Under the pieces are notes generated by a model. It was not told the DNA's origin and searched no databases. It saw nothing but the letters and a program-made list of their open reading frames with translations. Of a DNA stretch of 64,000 nucleotides, positions 1-10,777 are shown in pieces; position 1 is the first letter of the stretch, and each line of letters starts with the position of its first letter. The stretch covers positions 128,001 through 192,000 of the forward strand of contig JBHLJY010000005.1 of assembly GCA_048887225.1 (NCBI GenBank). The letters are read 5' to 3'. This DNA comes from Candidatus Hodarchaeota archaeon. Lineage in GTDB: Archaea; Asgardarchaeota; Lokiarchaeia; Sigyniarchaeales; SOKP01. The translations under genes were made by a program, and so were the position numbers.

Positions 1-8
1 TTGATGTA

Positions 9-1169
9 TTGACTTGCTTCGCTGAGGTTGCTGAAAAATATAATTATTGTAGGCCCATTATCAATAATGATGATAAAATAATAATAAAAGATGGAAGACA
101 TCCTGTTGTAGAACAAATGAACATAGCAGAGCCGTTTATACCTAACGATTGTTATCTGGATAACGAAAAAGAACAATTATTAATAATCACAGGGCCGAAT
201 ATGGCAGGCAAAAGTACTTATCTCCGTCAAGTAGCACTGATATGTATAATTGCGCAAATGGGATGTTATGTCCCTGCAAAATCTGCAACTATTGGAATAA
301 TCGATCAAATTTTTACGCGAATAGGAGCTTCTGATGATTTAGCGAGAAAATTAAGCACCTTCATGATAGAAATGACCGAAACTGCCAAAATTTTAAATTA
401 TGCAACTCAAAAAAGTCTCGTCATTATAGATGAGCTTGGAAGAGGTACTAGCACTAGTGATGGTCAGAGTATAGCTATGGCAACTTTGGAAAAGCTACAT
501 GAAGTTGAGGTAAAAACTTTATTTAGTACTCATTATCATCAATTAACTGAAATAAATTTACCAAGAGTGAAAAACTATCATCTCGACATCATAGAAAATG
601 ACGATGGGTCTATTAATTTTGTTAGAAAATTGCGTCCTGGAAGTACTGATAAATCTTATGGTATTCACGTGGCAAAACTTGCCGGTATCCCAGACGATGT
701 TATTATAAGAGCTTTCGAAGTCTTACAGCAAATAGAAGAAAAAGATCCTTTCAAAACAACAGTGCGGGAAAATGGTAATAATACCTCAACTTGGAAAATT
801 CATGACAAAATTATTAATGGAAAAAAAAGAGAAATTGATAGGTTAAACTTAGAATTAAAATCTAAAAAAAATGAATTAGAAAAATGCGACGAAGAATTAA
901 TTCAGAAAGAGAAAGAATTGGAAAGGAAGAATATTGATATTAAACTTTTGAAGGGTACAATTAAAAAAAAAAAAAGCGAAGTTCCGAAAAAGAAAAAATT
1001 AGTTCAGACAAGTTTCTTTAAGCCTATTATAAAGAAAGAAGCAGGAGATGCTGAAATGAACGAATTGATAAAGATCATTAAGGAAGTTGATATAAATTCC
1101 ATTACTCCTTTTGATGCAATGAAAAAATTAATGAAGATTAAGGAAAAATTGAAAGATTTCGAGTTATAG
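9..1169 (+). CDS. mutS: DNA mismatch repair protein MutS, C-terminal part (gene begins upstream of the window)
   Basis: GRHPVVE, Walker A ITGPNMAGKSTYLRQ, STFMIEM, IIDELGRGTST, STHY, SYGIHVAKLAG, C-terminal DINSITPFDAM. Confidence 0.96.
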   Translation: MTCFAEVAEKYNYCRPIINNDDKIIIKDGRHPVVEQMNIAEPFIPNDCYLDNEKEQLLIITGPNMAGKSTYLRQVALICIIAQMGCYVPAKSATIGIIDQIFTRIGASDDLARKLSTFMIEMTETAKILNYATQKSLVIIDELGRGTSTSDGQSIAMATLEKLHEVEVKTLFSTHYHQLTEINLPRVKNYHLDIIENDDGSINFVRKLRPGSTDKSYGIHVAKLAGIPDDVIIRAFEVLQQIEEKDPFKTTVRENGNNTSTWKIHDKIINGKKREIDRLNLELKSKKNELEKCDEELIQKEKELERKNIDIKLLKGTIKKKKSEVPKKKKLVQTSFFKPIIKKEAGDAEMNELIKIIKEVDINSITPFDAMKKLMKIKEKLKDFEL

Positions 1170-1173
1170 AAAT

Positions 1174-2322
1174 ATGAACCAATACGATGTTTTCATTGTT
1201 GGTGGAGCGATTGCGGGTTCTGTGGCTGCACGTTTCATTGCTGAAAAAGGATTAAAAACTTTATTGGTTGAAAGTGCGAAAACTCCTCGTGAAAAACCAT
1301 GTAGTGCCATTCAATTTAAATATTTTAAGAAACTTATTGGGAAAAAAATTCCAAAAGAAAAACTGTGTACCAATCCTCTAAAAAGAGTCTACATGGAATG
1401 GCCTAATGGCAAGGTAATGAAAGTTCCATTTAAAATGCTTAACTTTACTCGAGATATTTTCGATTCTTGGCTAAACTATATCGCAGTAGAAGCAGGAGTT
1501 GAATTTCGGGATGGTGTAAGATGTAATGGTTTTGAAAAAATTGATGATGGTTTTGTAGTTAAGCTTTATCCAAAACATAGAGAAATTGAAAAAGTAAAAG
1601 CAAAATACTTAATAGCAGCAGATGGATTATCATCCACAATTCGTAAAATTATAAGACCACAGGACTTTTACGGAAGGGGGGAAAGAGCGCGTGGAGTGAC
1701 CCTCAATTATTATATTAAGTCAGATAATGAGGGAGATCTGAATCCAAATACGTTATATCAGTTTTGGAATTTAGATTTTAACGACATGATGTTTGCGTGG
1801 ACTTACAAGAAAAATGATTTGTGGGTTGTAGGAACAGGTTATACTGAAAATATTTCCGAACATTGTAATCTTTTATTAGATTATGTTAAAAAAAAGTTTA
1901 ACTTTGATGGAGAAATTGTCAAAAGAGAAGGATTTGCGTCTAAATTTCGTCTTGATGATCAAAACCACGTTTTTCTAGGGGAAGGTAATTTATTGCTTAT
2001 TGGAGATGCAGCAGGTTTAGTCGATGTTTATCGAGGTTTAGGAATGGACGCTGCGGCTCTTAGTGCTCGTCGATGTGCGAAAGCAATTCTAATGGCCGAA
2101 AAAAAAGGGGTTACGGCTATTGAATTTTATGAAAAATCTATGCGAAAACTTGTAAAAAGAATTGAAAAGAATATGGAACGACAGCTACTCAACCTTAAAA
2201 ATAACGAGGAATTACTTCGACACCTTAAGAAAAGTTATATTAAAACAGGTATGACGACCTTTTTTGGAAATATAATTAATAAAATTTTACCCGCAAATAA
2301 AATAATACTTCTACCACTTTAA
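1174..2322 (+). CDS. Geranylgeranyl reductase-family FAD-dependent oxidoreductase
   Basis: N-terminal VGGAIAGS dinucleotide fold, PREKPC, IAADG, IGDAAG..G.GM. Confidence 0.8.
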   Translation: MNQYDVFIVGGAIAGSVAARFIAEKGLKTLLVESAKTPREKPCSAIQFKYFKKLIGKKIPKEKLCTNPLKRVYMEWPNGKVMKVPFKMLNFTRDIFDSWLNYIAVEAGVEFRDGVRCNGFEKIDDGFVVKLYPKHREIEKVKAKYLIAADGLSSTIRKIIRPQDFYGRGERARGVTLNYYIKSDNEGDLNPNTLYQFWNLDFNDMMFAWTYKKNDLWVVGTGYTENISEHCNLLLDYVKKKFNFDGEIVKREGFASKFRLDDQNHVFLGEGNLLLIGDAAGLVDVYRGLGMDAAALSARRCAKAILMAEKKGVTAIEFYEKSMRKLVKRIEKNMERQLLNLKNNEELLRHLKKSYIKTGMTTFFGNIINKILPANKIILLPL

Positions 2323-2348
2323 AATATGATAACTTAAATAATAAATCT

Positions 2349-3269
2349 TCAACCAGTTACTAAGACAACTGGAATAAGAAATACAATTATCGTCAAGTAG
2401 ATATAATATAATATAATTATTATTGGGAATAGAATCCTAAACAGTTTTTTTCTTTTGTCCATTGAAATATTTTCTAAATTTGCCAAAAATATTATGATTA
2501 ACAAGCTAATAAACATCAGATGGGAAGGTTGTAAAGCTTTCCAAGTAATTGAATCAACAATTAAAAAACCTTGAATTTCTTCATCGCTATGTAGCCAATT
2601 ATTAATCATTTGCATAAAATATTCGGGAAATATAATATATGGTATACAAACAAGAAGGAACGGAACTACAAAATAAATCAAGTCTCTGGCTTTTAATTTT
2701 CTAATTATAAGTATTACTGGGATAAATAATATTGAATTTATTTTAAAAGTCGCAAGAGTAAAAAAGATTCCCGCAATCCATTTTTTATCATCTTCAATGT
2801 ATTTATACGATAAAAATAAAAAGAATATAATTAAAAAATTTACATTATTAAAATATGCGTCATAGCTATAACCAATAGAGCTTAATATATAGAAAATTAT
2901 TAAATCTATTTTATTTGCAAATATCTCTTTAGCTTTAAAAAATACATACCCAACGCATAATAATCTTAAACCATCCCATATATATAGACCTATTTCAAGT
3001 GGAATTAAATACATTGGAAAAAATAGAAAGTACCAAAAATATAGATAATAAGGAGGCCAATCTGAGATTTCTATAGGATCGTAAAAATTTATTAATCCGT
3101 TTTTCATTCCCTCTATTAATATCTTATAATCAACATCCCTTGTTTCTTTAATCCAAGGACTGATATATAAAAAGCCCAAAAGAATTCTTAATATAATGAG
3201 GATAATTGTGATTATTACTAAACCACAGATGAAATATAAATGAATAGGATACTCTTTCTCGTTGTTCAT
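2349..3269 (-). CDS. GT-C membrane glycosyltransferase (GT87/DUF2029-like)
   Basis: Polytopic; N-terminal DVDY, YYLYFWYFLFFP, NNVN, GIFFTLATFK. Confidence 0.65.
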   Translation of the reverse strand: MNNEKEYPIHLYFICGLVIITIILIILRILLGFLYISPWIKETRDVDYKILIEGMKNGLINFYDPIEISDWPPYYLYFWYFLFFPMYLIPLEIGLYIWDGLRLLCVGYVFFKAKEIFANKIDLIIFYILSSIGYSYDAYFNNVNFLIIFFLFLSYKYIEDDKKWIAGIFFTLATFKINSILFIPVILIIRKLKARDLIYFVVPFLLVCIPYIIFPEYFMQMINNWLHSDEEIQGFLIVDSITWKALQPSHLMFISLLIIIFLANLENISMDKRKKLFRILFPIIIILYYIYLTIIVFLIPVVLVTG

Positions 3270-3554
3270 AACTCTTTACATTAGCTGAAATTTAATAAAA
3301 TCAACAAGTTTAAACTATAAAGGAATCTTTTAATTTTAAACTAAATTAATTTGCTAAATTTAATTACCGAAAAACATTATTATTAAGAAAAGTGATATTG
3401 GATTAAAGATTCAATAATCCAGAGCACGGATAATAATTAAATTTTTAAATTTATTTAATCTTTAATAGAGAGTTCATTTAAATTTGGCTTGATAATATTA
3501 TTTATACCTAAAAAATTTATTAATTGGTTATAAAACACATCTAATTGAAGAAGT

Positions 3555-5450
3555 GTGAAAAGAAGAAAAATACAAAAAATCCGAGACGCTGAAAAAATAG
3601 CTGCAGGAGAAGTTGTGGAGAGACCGGCTAATGTGGTTAAAGAATTAATTGAAAATAGTATCGATGCGGGAGCACATGAAATAAGAATTATTGTAAAAAA
3701 AGCAGGTAAAAGTTTCATTCAAGTCATAGATGATGGTATAGGCATACCTCCAGAAGATATAGAATTCGCTTTTGAGAGGCATACTAGTAGTAAGATCAGA
3801 AGCATTGAAGATTTAGATAATCTACACTCTTTAGGATTTAGAGGAGAGGCTTTAGCAAGTGTTGCTGCGGTAAGTCAAGTTGAAATTACTTCAAGAACAG
3901 AAGAGAATAATTTAGGTATTCAATTATTTTTAAAAGGAGGCAAACTGGTTGAAAAAAAAGAAATTTCTTGTCCTATTGGAACGAACGTTAAAGTCAAGAA
4001 CATTTTTTATAATATTCCAGCAAGACAGAAATTTCTCAAGTCAGATTCTACCGAATTAGGACATATTACGGATATTACGCAGAGGTACGCACTAGCTTAT
4101 CATGACATTCATTTTATATATAGGCATAATAAATTGGACATACTAAATTGCCCTTCTAACGATTTAAAAACCACCATGTTTCATGTATATGGAAAATTAA
4201 CCGCAAAATTTATGGAACCGATTGATTACTCAGAAAAAGACACTTATTTTAAGGTATACGGATTATTAGGGCATCCACAAATATCAAAAAAAAATAGAAC
4301 TTATTCGAGTTTATTTATTAATCGTCGTTATGTTATAAGCGACCTTTTATTTAGAGCAATACAAGAAGCGTACAAAGGAACTTTAATGGTTGGAAAACAT
4401 CCGTTTTTTGTATTATATATTGAATTAGATCCCTCTGTAATAGATTTTAATGTCCATCCGAAGAAGCTATACATTAGATTTGAACGAGAGGAGTATATTT
4501 ACAATAAAGTTTATAATGTTATTCGAGATTTTATTGAAGATAAGTTTATCACAAAAGAAGCGAAATATATCTCAACTGAATTAGAACACTTCATTACTGA
4601 GAAGGAAAGCGATTCCATAAGGGAAAATGTCTTAGACTCAAAAAAAATTAGTAGACCAATTAAAGAAATTCGGGATTATAAAAAAAAGGAGGTAAGATCT
4701 AAAGAAGTATTCAACGAAGAAGGTGAGTTAATAGACGAAACAGTACAACTACACTTAACAGATCTTGTTGCAGGTGAGGAACTCGATAAGATGAAAAGAC
4801 CTGAAACATACATTCGAGAAAAATACATCGTAGCAAAAAATTTTCCTAAGGTGCGCTTGATCTCCAATACAGGACAATTGAGCAACAAGACCTATGTTGT
4901 TTTGGAGGGATATAACGAAGAAACTAACGAGCATGGATTATACATTTTAGATCAACATGCGGCATCTGAAAGAATAAATAAAGAAAAATTACTGAAAGCT
5001 TATGAAACATCAAAAATAAGCAAACAAATGTTAGTATCGCCTCTAAAAATTGATGTAACTCCAAGCGAAAAGTTCTTCTTGAAAGTAAATTTGAATGATA
5101 TAAAAAAATTAGGATTTAATTTAGAACATTTTGGTGGAAATACTTTCATTTTGAGAGAAATTCCAGTTATTATGGAAAAAGTTCCAAAGACAGAAATAGC
5201 AAAAGAAATTATTAGCGATATTACGGAAATAGGTAAAGATAAAAGTTTCTCAGAAGTTAAAGATGAAATCATCAATTATTTAGCGTGCCATAGAAGTATA
5301 AGGGGAGGAGATGATTTGACTTTACAAGGTATTAGAAATCTGATTATTGACTTATCAAATTGTAAAAATTCGTTTCATTGTGCCCACGGCAGACCTACAT
5401 TAAAATTTATATCTTTTAAAGAATTAGGTAAAATATTTAAAAGAACGTAA
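3555..5450 (+). CDS. mutL: DNA mismatch repair endonuclease MutL
   Basis: IAAGEVVERP, KELIENSIDAGA, GFRGEALAS, DFNVHPKK, endonuclease motifs DQHAASERI, ACH, CAHGRP. Confidence 0.97.
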   Translation: MKRRKIQKIRDAEKIAAGEVVERPANVVKELIENSIDAGAHEIRIIVKKAGKSFIQVIDDGIGIPPEDIEFAFERHTSSKIRSIEDLDNLHSLGFRGEALASVAAVSQVEITSRTEENNLGIQLFLKGGKLVEKKEISCPIGTNVKVKNIFYNIPARQKFLKSDSTELGHITDITQRYALAYHDIHFIYRHNKLDILNCPSNDLKTTMFHVYGKLTAKFMEPIDYSEKDTYFKVYGLLGHPQISKKNRTYSSLFINRRYVISDLLFRAIQEAYKGTLMVGKHPFFVLYIELDPSVIDFNVHPKKLYIRFEREEYIYNKVYNVIRDFIEDKFITKEAKYISTELEHFITEKESDSIRENVLDSKKISRPIKEIRDYKKKEVRSKEVFNEEGELIDETVQLHLTDLVAGEELDKMKRPETYIREKYIVAKNFPKVRLISNTGQLSNKTYVVLEGYNEETNEHGLYILDQHAASERINKEKLLKAYETSKISKQMLVSPLKIDVTPSEKFFLKVNLNDIKKLGFNLEHFGGNTFILREIPVIMEKVPKTEIAKEIISDITEIGKDKSFSEVKDEIINYLACHRSIRGGDDLTLQGIRNLIIDLSNCKNSFHCAHGRPTLKFISFKELGKIFKRT

Positions 5451-5542
5451 TAGATTTTTGTCTTATAACCAATTAAATTATCAAGGTTATACTTGTTTAA
5501 CTTAAGCGAGAAACCTTTCAAACTAATATATAAATTTTTCTA

Positions 5543-5812
5543 TTACGCTTTGGAAAAAGCAATACCTTCAATTCCCTGTATTCCATCAACTTGCCCGAAT
5601 AGCTCTTCAATCTTATCTGTACCTCCCCATTCTTCTGGATATCTTACTCGAACTCGAGCTTTTTTCAAGCCAAATGCAATAGGTAAAATTTCATAATGTT
5701 CAATGAGACAGGTATCAGGAAGTAGTTTTTTTATTTTTTCTATAAATTCTTCAAAGTCGATATCCGTATCTTCAGGAACAACATCAATTAAAGCAATATA
5801 TTGTCCTCCCAT
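5543..5812 (-). CDS. ef1b: Archaeal translation elongation factor EF-1 beta
   Basis: 89 aa, PIAFGLK motif; GAGG SD upstream; follows the HVO_2753-like gene as in many archaea. Confidence 0.9.
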   Translation of the reverse strand: MGGQYIALIDVVPEDTDIDFEEFIEKIKKLLPDTCLIEHYEILPIAFGLKKARVRVRYPEEWGGTDKIEELFGQVDGIQGIEGIAFSKA

Positions 5813-5833
5813 AGAAAACCTCTTAAAAATTGT

Positions 5834-6007
5834 TTAAGGACCCTCAAATTCGCATTTAAGGCATCTATAAGTCTTTCCCATGGCTCGACATCTTTCACAT
5901 CGCCAAATAGTTACATCTCCACAATTAGGACATGGGAAATGCACCGCAGCCTCGAAAGGTGCAATCGGCCGGCCACAACAAAAACACATGTTTTTTTTAA
6001 ATGACAT
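5834..6007 (-). CDS. Small Zn-finger protein, HVO_2753/DUF1610 family (57 aa, absent from the ORF track)
   Basis: Manual translation MSFKKNMCFCCGRPIAPFEAAVHFPCPNCGDVTIWRCERCRAMGKTYRCLKCEFEGP: four CxxC motifs, FxCPNCG, terminal FEGP; upstream of EF-1beta. Confidence 0.92.
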   Translation of the reverse strand: MSFKKNMCFCCGRPIAPFEAAVHFPCPNCGDVTIWRCERCRAMGKTYRCLKCEFEGP

Positions 6008-6234
6008 GCAAATTTGCTTTTTATAATTTATTAATAGGTGAGATTGAAAATTAAAATAAAAGATAACTTTAATTATTTTTTATTTTTAAAACTCAAGCTT
6101 TCATTGAAATATACATCCTAGGATTAGGCAAATTAAACTTTAAATTGTAAAACATCATAATTAATATATATAAGTTACATTTTGAGTTTCTAATTTATTT
6201 TAAATTTATCAAGAAATTAAAGGTGAACTAACCA

Positions 6235-6759
6235 ATTCCAGAAAATAAAGTTAAAAAATATTTTAGACTCGTCGAAATATGGGCGTGGTGTGATATTTGC
6301 AGTGACATGATTGCGCTAAACGTCGATAAAAAAGAGATTCATGAAGGACTTGAAATGGGCATATATACGAGAGAACATAAACATTCAAATCCATATCCAG
6401 ATTCCGAAGATCCAGACGACAACTCAGGAAAAGAGCACACTATTTATGTCTATATTGATGATAATTATGATGTCACAGGAGTCAAAGCTTTTTTTGGAGA
6501 TAGCCCAGGTATGAAAGAATTAGAAGCAGCATCAACTACGGGAGATGTAAGAATTCCTATTGTTGTAAAAGAGATTCCTCCAATGAGTGTTCATTTAGGC
6601 ATGCTAACTCCAGAAGAATTTAAAGTTCTTAAGATTTGTGATGGAATGAACACTTTAGAACAGGTCGCTGATATTGCTGGTAAAGATGTGGAAGAAATTG
6701 AAAAAATGATGGAAAAACTTAGAAAGAAAGGGCTGGTTGATGTAATTAAAAGAGCTTAG
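6235..6759 (+). CDS. Hypothetical protein with N-terminal CxxC/His metal site and C-terminal winged HTH; probable ATT start (first ATG at 6307)
   Basis: Frame open from 6232; AGGTGA at 6221-6226; extension adds WAWCDIC; C-terminal LKICDGMNTLEQVAD..LRKKGLV HTH. Confidence 0.65.
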   Translation: MPENKVKKYFRLVEIWAWCDICSDMIALNVDKKEIHEGLEMGIYTREHKHSNPYPDSEDPDDNSGKEHTIYVYIDDNYDVTGVKAFFGDSPGMKELEAASTTGDVRIPIVVKEIPPMSVHLGMLTPEEFKVLKICDGMNTLEQVADIAGKDVEEIEKMMEKLRKKGLVDVIKRA

Positions 6760-6807
6760 ATTTTTTCTATTCTTTGGAGTATAAACGATATTTATCAAGG
6801 TCAATGT

Positions 6808-7458
6808 TTAATTTGAATTTATTATTTTAGTACCTTTTTCTAATCCAATGTGCAAAGCCCGTATGTTATCTTCAGGATCTCTTAGCCACTCTTTAATCAC
6901 TTCCTCGTAATGTTCGATTTCTATAAAAGGTATCTTTCCAGTAGCAACTGCAAATCCTAACATAATTAAATTTACCTGTTGATTTCGATTAAATTCTTTC
7001 AAGGATAATTCTGTTGCATTCATGAAATAGATATCGTTTGAATAGCCATATAGAATTTCCTTAATTTTTTCTAAAGAAGGATATTGCTCAAGATCAGCCG
7101 CGATCATTACTCCTGGAATAGTCCTTGAATTAAGAACGAAAGAAGTCTTATTTGAAGCATAAATACCACGCCTTAAAGCTTCTACTGGTTCGAAACAGAT
7201 GTATAAATCAGCATCACCGTAACAAATCAATGGTGAATATAAATTTTTTCGCTCTTCCTCAAAAATCTTTTTTTGATAACGTGTATGGCTGGTAATAGCG
7301 CCCTCACGCTGGGCAAGGCCATGCATTTCGCTTCCGAAGCATCTTTCAACGCCAGCTTTTTGAGCGGCAAATTCAATCAATCTTTTTAAAGTAATGACTC
7401 CTTGCCCAGCGGTTCCAGCAATAACAACATTTATAATATCTGTTTCTTTAAAGCTCAC
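6808..7458 (-). CDS. iorB: Indolepyruvate:ferredoxin oxidoreductase beta subunit
   Basis: GTAGQGVI, SEMHGLAQREG, SPLI, FEPVEALR, NLIMLG; overlaps the end of iorA. Confidence 0.88.
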   Translation of the reverse strand: MSFKETDIINVVIAGTAGQGVITLKRLIEFAAQKAGVERCFGSEMHGLAQREGAITSHTRYQKKIFEEERKNLYSPLICYGDADLYICFEPVEALRRGIYASNKTSFVLNSRTIPGVMIAADLEQYPSLEKIKEILYGYSNDIYFMNATELSLKEFNRNQQVNLIMLGFAVATGKIPFIEIEHYEEVIKEWLRDPEDNIRALHIGLEKGTKIINSN

Positions 7459-9394
7459 GAAATGGCACCTCCGTTCCTAAAGCATTTATAATAGACTTAT
7501 GGATTGCTTTATTTGGACAGATGTGATAGCACACTCCACACCTTACGCATCGATCATCGTCAATTTGCATAGATTCAAAACCATCTATTTCTGTTTTTCT
7601 AATTGCTGGACAACTTAATATGCGAGTACAGTCGTGACATAACTGACATCCATAAATATAATATGAAATTTCTTGTACTTTTTCACCTTGCTCTGAAAGA
7701 GCCCTTATTTGAGACATTCTCCATCTATGAGCTTGTAATGCACATTCACGCTTGATAATAATTACTTTTAAACCATCTAATTTTAGACTTTCTTCAATAG
7801 TTCGAGTAAGTCTTTTAGGGTTATATGAATCCTCAACTCGGAGCCACGGTACTCCTATTGCTTTACAAATTTTCTCAATAGAAAATCCTTGTTTAATTAA
7901 ATATCGTAGAACATCGTCTTGATGACCAGTCATAGCTGTCCATGAATTTTCAAAAATAATAAGTAGTATATTTGAATTATATCCGACTGCTTCTGCTAAC
8001 GGTGCCATACCTGTATGAAAAAACGTAGAATCACCAATCATAGCTATTATTTTTTGTTCAGATTTAGTTGACATTCCAATAGCCGCGCTTAATCCTCCTG
8101 ACATACAGATTATTAAATCGCTACATTTTTGGGGAGGGAAAAAAGACATAACATAACAACCAATATCTCCACAAATTACAGTATTTTCTAAATTATTTGT
8201 TGCTTTTAAAATAGTATAGAGTGTAGCACGTTCTGGACAACCAGCACAAAATGTTGGAAATCTGCTTGGAACAATATCTTTATAAGAGTTGAAATAATCG
8301 ATTGCTTTAGTCATTTGCTCGTTTGGTTTTTTATGAAATATTTGAGCTAAACATGAAGCAACTAATCCGGTTGAAAATTCGTTATATTTAGGGAAAACCT
8401 TTTGTCCTACTATTTCTACGTTAATTTTGTGATTGTGAGCAATTTCAGCAATTTTTACTTCTAAAAAAGGTTCCAATTCTTCAATTATAATTACTTTGTC
8501 AAGATTTTTGATAAAATTCGTTATTTCATTATAGTTTAATGGATGAATCATACCGAGTTTTAATACTGACACATCGTTTAATCCTAACTGATCCAGAGCT
8601 TCCATTGTATAGCCAAAAGGTATACCACTGGTTATTATTCCAACTTTATTATCTCCTGGGATAACACGATTTAATCCGAGCTCTGGAATTACCTCACGTA
8701 GTTTTTCAATCCTTTTATACAATCTTATATGGTTATTAATAGTATGCGGAGGTAGTGAATTGAATTTTGGAATATTTCTGATAAATTCACCTTTATTCTT
8801 ACCCTTTCTTAATGGACCCAATTCAACAAATCCTCTAGAGTGAGCACTTCTCGTTGACATTCGAAAATTAAGAACTAAATCATATTTTTCTGAAATGTCA
8901 AAAGCGATCTTAATCAAATCTTTACATTCTTGAGGGGTATGGGGCTCAATAGTAGGAAGGTGAAACATCCATGCATAAAAACGCTCATTTTGTTCTTGAT
9001 GTGATCCTAACGATCCTGGATCGGAGCCAATTGACACGATCATTGCTCCAGGATTGGGACCATTTAACGCAATTACACTTAAAGCATCACTAGCAACATT
9101 TAATCCTACATGTTTCATGGGATTTAAACTTCTACAACCCGTCCAAGCTGCTCCCGCGCAAGCAGATGTCGCAACAGCTTCGTTTACTGCCCAATGATGC
9201 ACTAAATATTCTCTTACTTCAGGATTTTCTTTAAGCATTTGATGAAAATATTCTCCAATATCACTAGTTGGAGTGCCTGGATATTGCGAAACATAAGATA
9301 CACCCGCCTCAAGACAACCTCTTACAAGTGCCTCGTTTCCAAGCATTAATACATTTCCTTGTTCATCAGTAAAACGTATATCTTTTATTGGCAA
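7448..9394 (-). CDS. iorA: Indolepyruvate:ferredoxin oxidoreductase alpha subunit
   Basis: LGNEA, YPGTP, MKHVGLNVA, FCAGCP, GDIGCY, GDSTFFHTG, TAMTGHQ, C-terminal ferredoxin Cys motifs. Confidence 0.93.
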   Translation of the reverse strand: MPIKDIRFTDEQGNVLMLGNEALVRGCLEAGVSYVSQYPGTPTSDIGEYFHQMLKENPEVREYLVHHWAVNEAVATSACAGAAWTGCRSLNPMKHVGLNVASDALSVIALNGPNPGAMIVSIGSDPGSLGSHQEQNERFYAWMFHLPTIEPHTPQECKDLIKIAFDISEKYDLVLNFRMSTRSAHSRGFVELGPLRKGKNKGEFIRNIPKFNSLPPHTINNHIRLYKRIEKLREVIPELGLNRVIPGDNKVGIITSGIPFGYTMEALDQLGLNDVSVLKLGMIHPLNYNEITNFIKNLDKVIIIEELEPFLEVKIAEIAHNHKINVEIVGQKVFPKYNEFSTGLVASCLAQIFHKKPNEQMTKAIDYFNSYKDIVPSRFPTFCAGCPERATLYTILKATNNLENTVICGDIGCYVMSFFPPQKCSDLIICMSGGLSAAIGMSTKSEQKIIAMIGDSTFFHTGMAPLAEAVGYNSNILLIIFENSWTAMTGHQDDVLRYLIKQGFSIEKICKAIGVPWLRVEDSYNPKRLTRTIEESLKLDGLKVIIIKRECALQAHRWRMSQIRALSEQGEKVQEISYYIYGCQLCHDCTRILSCPAIRKTEIDGFESMQIDDDRCVRCGVCYHICPNKAIHKSIINALGTEVPFREL

Positions 9395-9562
9395 TTTAAT
9401 CCTCTTGAAAAAATTTTAGGTTAATTTATAATTTTAACGCTAAATTACAAAAAAAATTTGTGATTATCTTTAAAAACTTTTAGATTCAATAGTAGTAAAT
9501 TACTTGCTTTTAGCGATTTAGTAAGTGAGATTAATTAGATTCTAATCTTTACCTATTTTTTT

Positions 9563-9626
9563 AAAAAACAAACAATAAAAAAAGAAAAAGAAAAAAAATA
9601 CAAAAAAATTATATGCCCGTAAGGGC
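9563..9626 (-). terminator. Probable actin terminator: GCCC-TTAC-GGGC hairpin followed by long oligo-T tracts
   Basis: Hairpin at 9615-9626 just after the actin stop; T-runs downstream on the minus strand. Confidence 0.55.
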
Positions 9627-9631
9627 TTAAT

Positions 9632-10777
9632 TTAAAAGCATCGGTGAATTACTTGTGGTCCCATCTCTTTATATTCGCGTCTTGTGACCCACATTCTATG
9701 GAAAGTCTTAAGGGAGCTCAAGATGGATCCACCAATCCATACGGAATACATACGCTCTGGCGGAGCAATGATCTTCACATCTACAGATTCAGGAATTTGC
9801 TCCTTAATTTCCTTAGTTAAGCGCTCCTTAATACCTGGGAACATAGTAGACCCTCCAGAAAGTACAATGTTGCTATATAAATCTCTTCTGAGGTCAACGT
9901 CACATTCAGAAATTGCACCAACAATAACATCATCTAAAGGCTCCAATTCTTTCCCAATTACTGATGGATTAAAGAAGCATTCTGGGGCTAAGAATCTTTC
10001 TACACCTACATTGATCGTTTCTCCGTCAGGAAGCATATAGCTCTTTTCCATTCCAGCTACTTTCTTACTAAGCATCATTTCCTTTTCAGGATCGATTGCT
10101 ACATAGCAGAGTTTCTCTTTTATGTCTCGCACGATTTCCTTTTCCGCTGATGTGGTAAAAGAATAACCCTTTTGTCTCAAAAGTCGTTGTAGATATGTAG
10201 TAATATCTCTACCTGCAAGGTCAATCCTTGCGATTGCATGGCTTAAGGCGAATCCCTCGAAGATTGGTACAACGTGGGATACACCATCACCTATATCTAT
10301 AACGCAACCCGTTGTACGACCAGAAGCATATAAAGATAATACTGCTTGCATTGCAACATAAAGTGCTGGTGTATTAAACGTTTCAAACATTATTTCAGCC
10401 ATTTTTTCTCTATTTGGCCTTGGATTTAATGGAGCTTCAGTCAAAAGTACTGGATGTTCACTTGGATCGATTCTTAAATCAGTATAAAAAGTATAATGCC
10501 AGATTTTCTCCATAGCAGTCCAATCTTCGATAATACCATGCTCTACAGGGAACATTAATTTTAAAACACCCTTTAATTGCATTGCTTCTTCACCAATATA
10601 ATATTCTCTGGTATAGTGCTCAACATCGGTCATTATTGACTCATATTTAGGATACCCAATCAAAGTAGGGAATACTGATCTTGGTTGGTCCTCTCCAGCG
10701 AATCCATTCTTCGAAATCCCCGTTCCATTATCCACGACAAGGGCTTTTGCGCTTAAAAAACTTTCATCTTCTGTCAT
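9632..10777 (-). CDS. Actin (lokiactin-type Asgard actin)
   Basis: [98 protein letters not shown]-terminal HRCF. Confidence 0.97.
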   Translation of the reverse strand: MTEDESFLSAKALVVDNGTGISKNGFAGEDQPRSVFPTLIGYPKYESIMTDVEHYTREYYIGEEAMQLKGVLKLMFPVEHGIIEDWTAMEKIWHYTFYTDLRIDPSEHPVLLTEAPLNPRPNREKMAEIMFETFNTPALYVAMQAVLSLYASGRTTGCVIDIGDGVSHVVPIFEGFALSHAIARIDLAGRDITTYLQRLLRQKGYSFTTSAEKEIVRDIKEKLCYVAIDPEKEMMLSKKVAGMEKSYMLPDGETINVGVERFLAPECFFNPSVIGKELEPLDDVIVGAISECDVDLRRDLYSNIVLSGGSTMFPGIKERLTKEIKEQIPESVDVKIIAPPERMYSVWIGGSILSSLKTFHRMWVTRREYKEMGPQVIHRCF

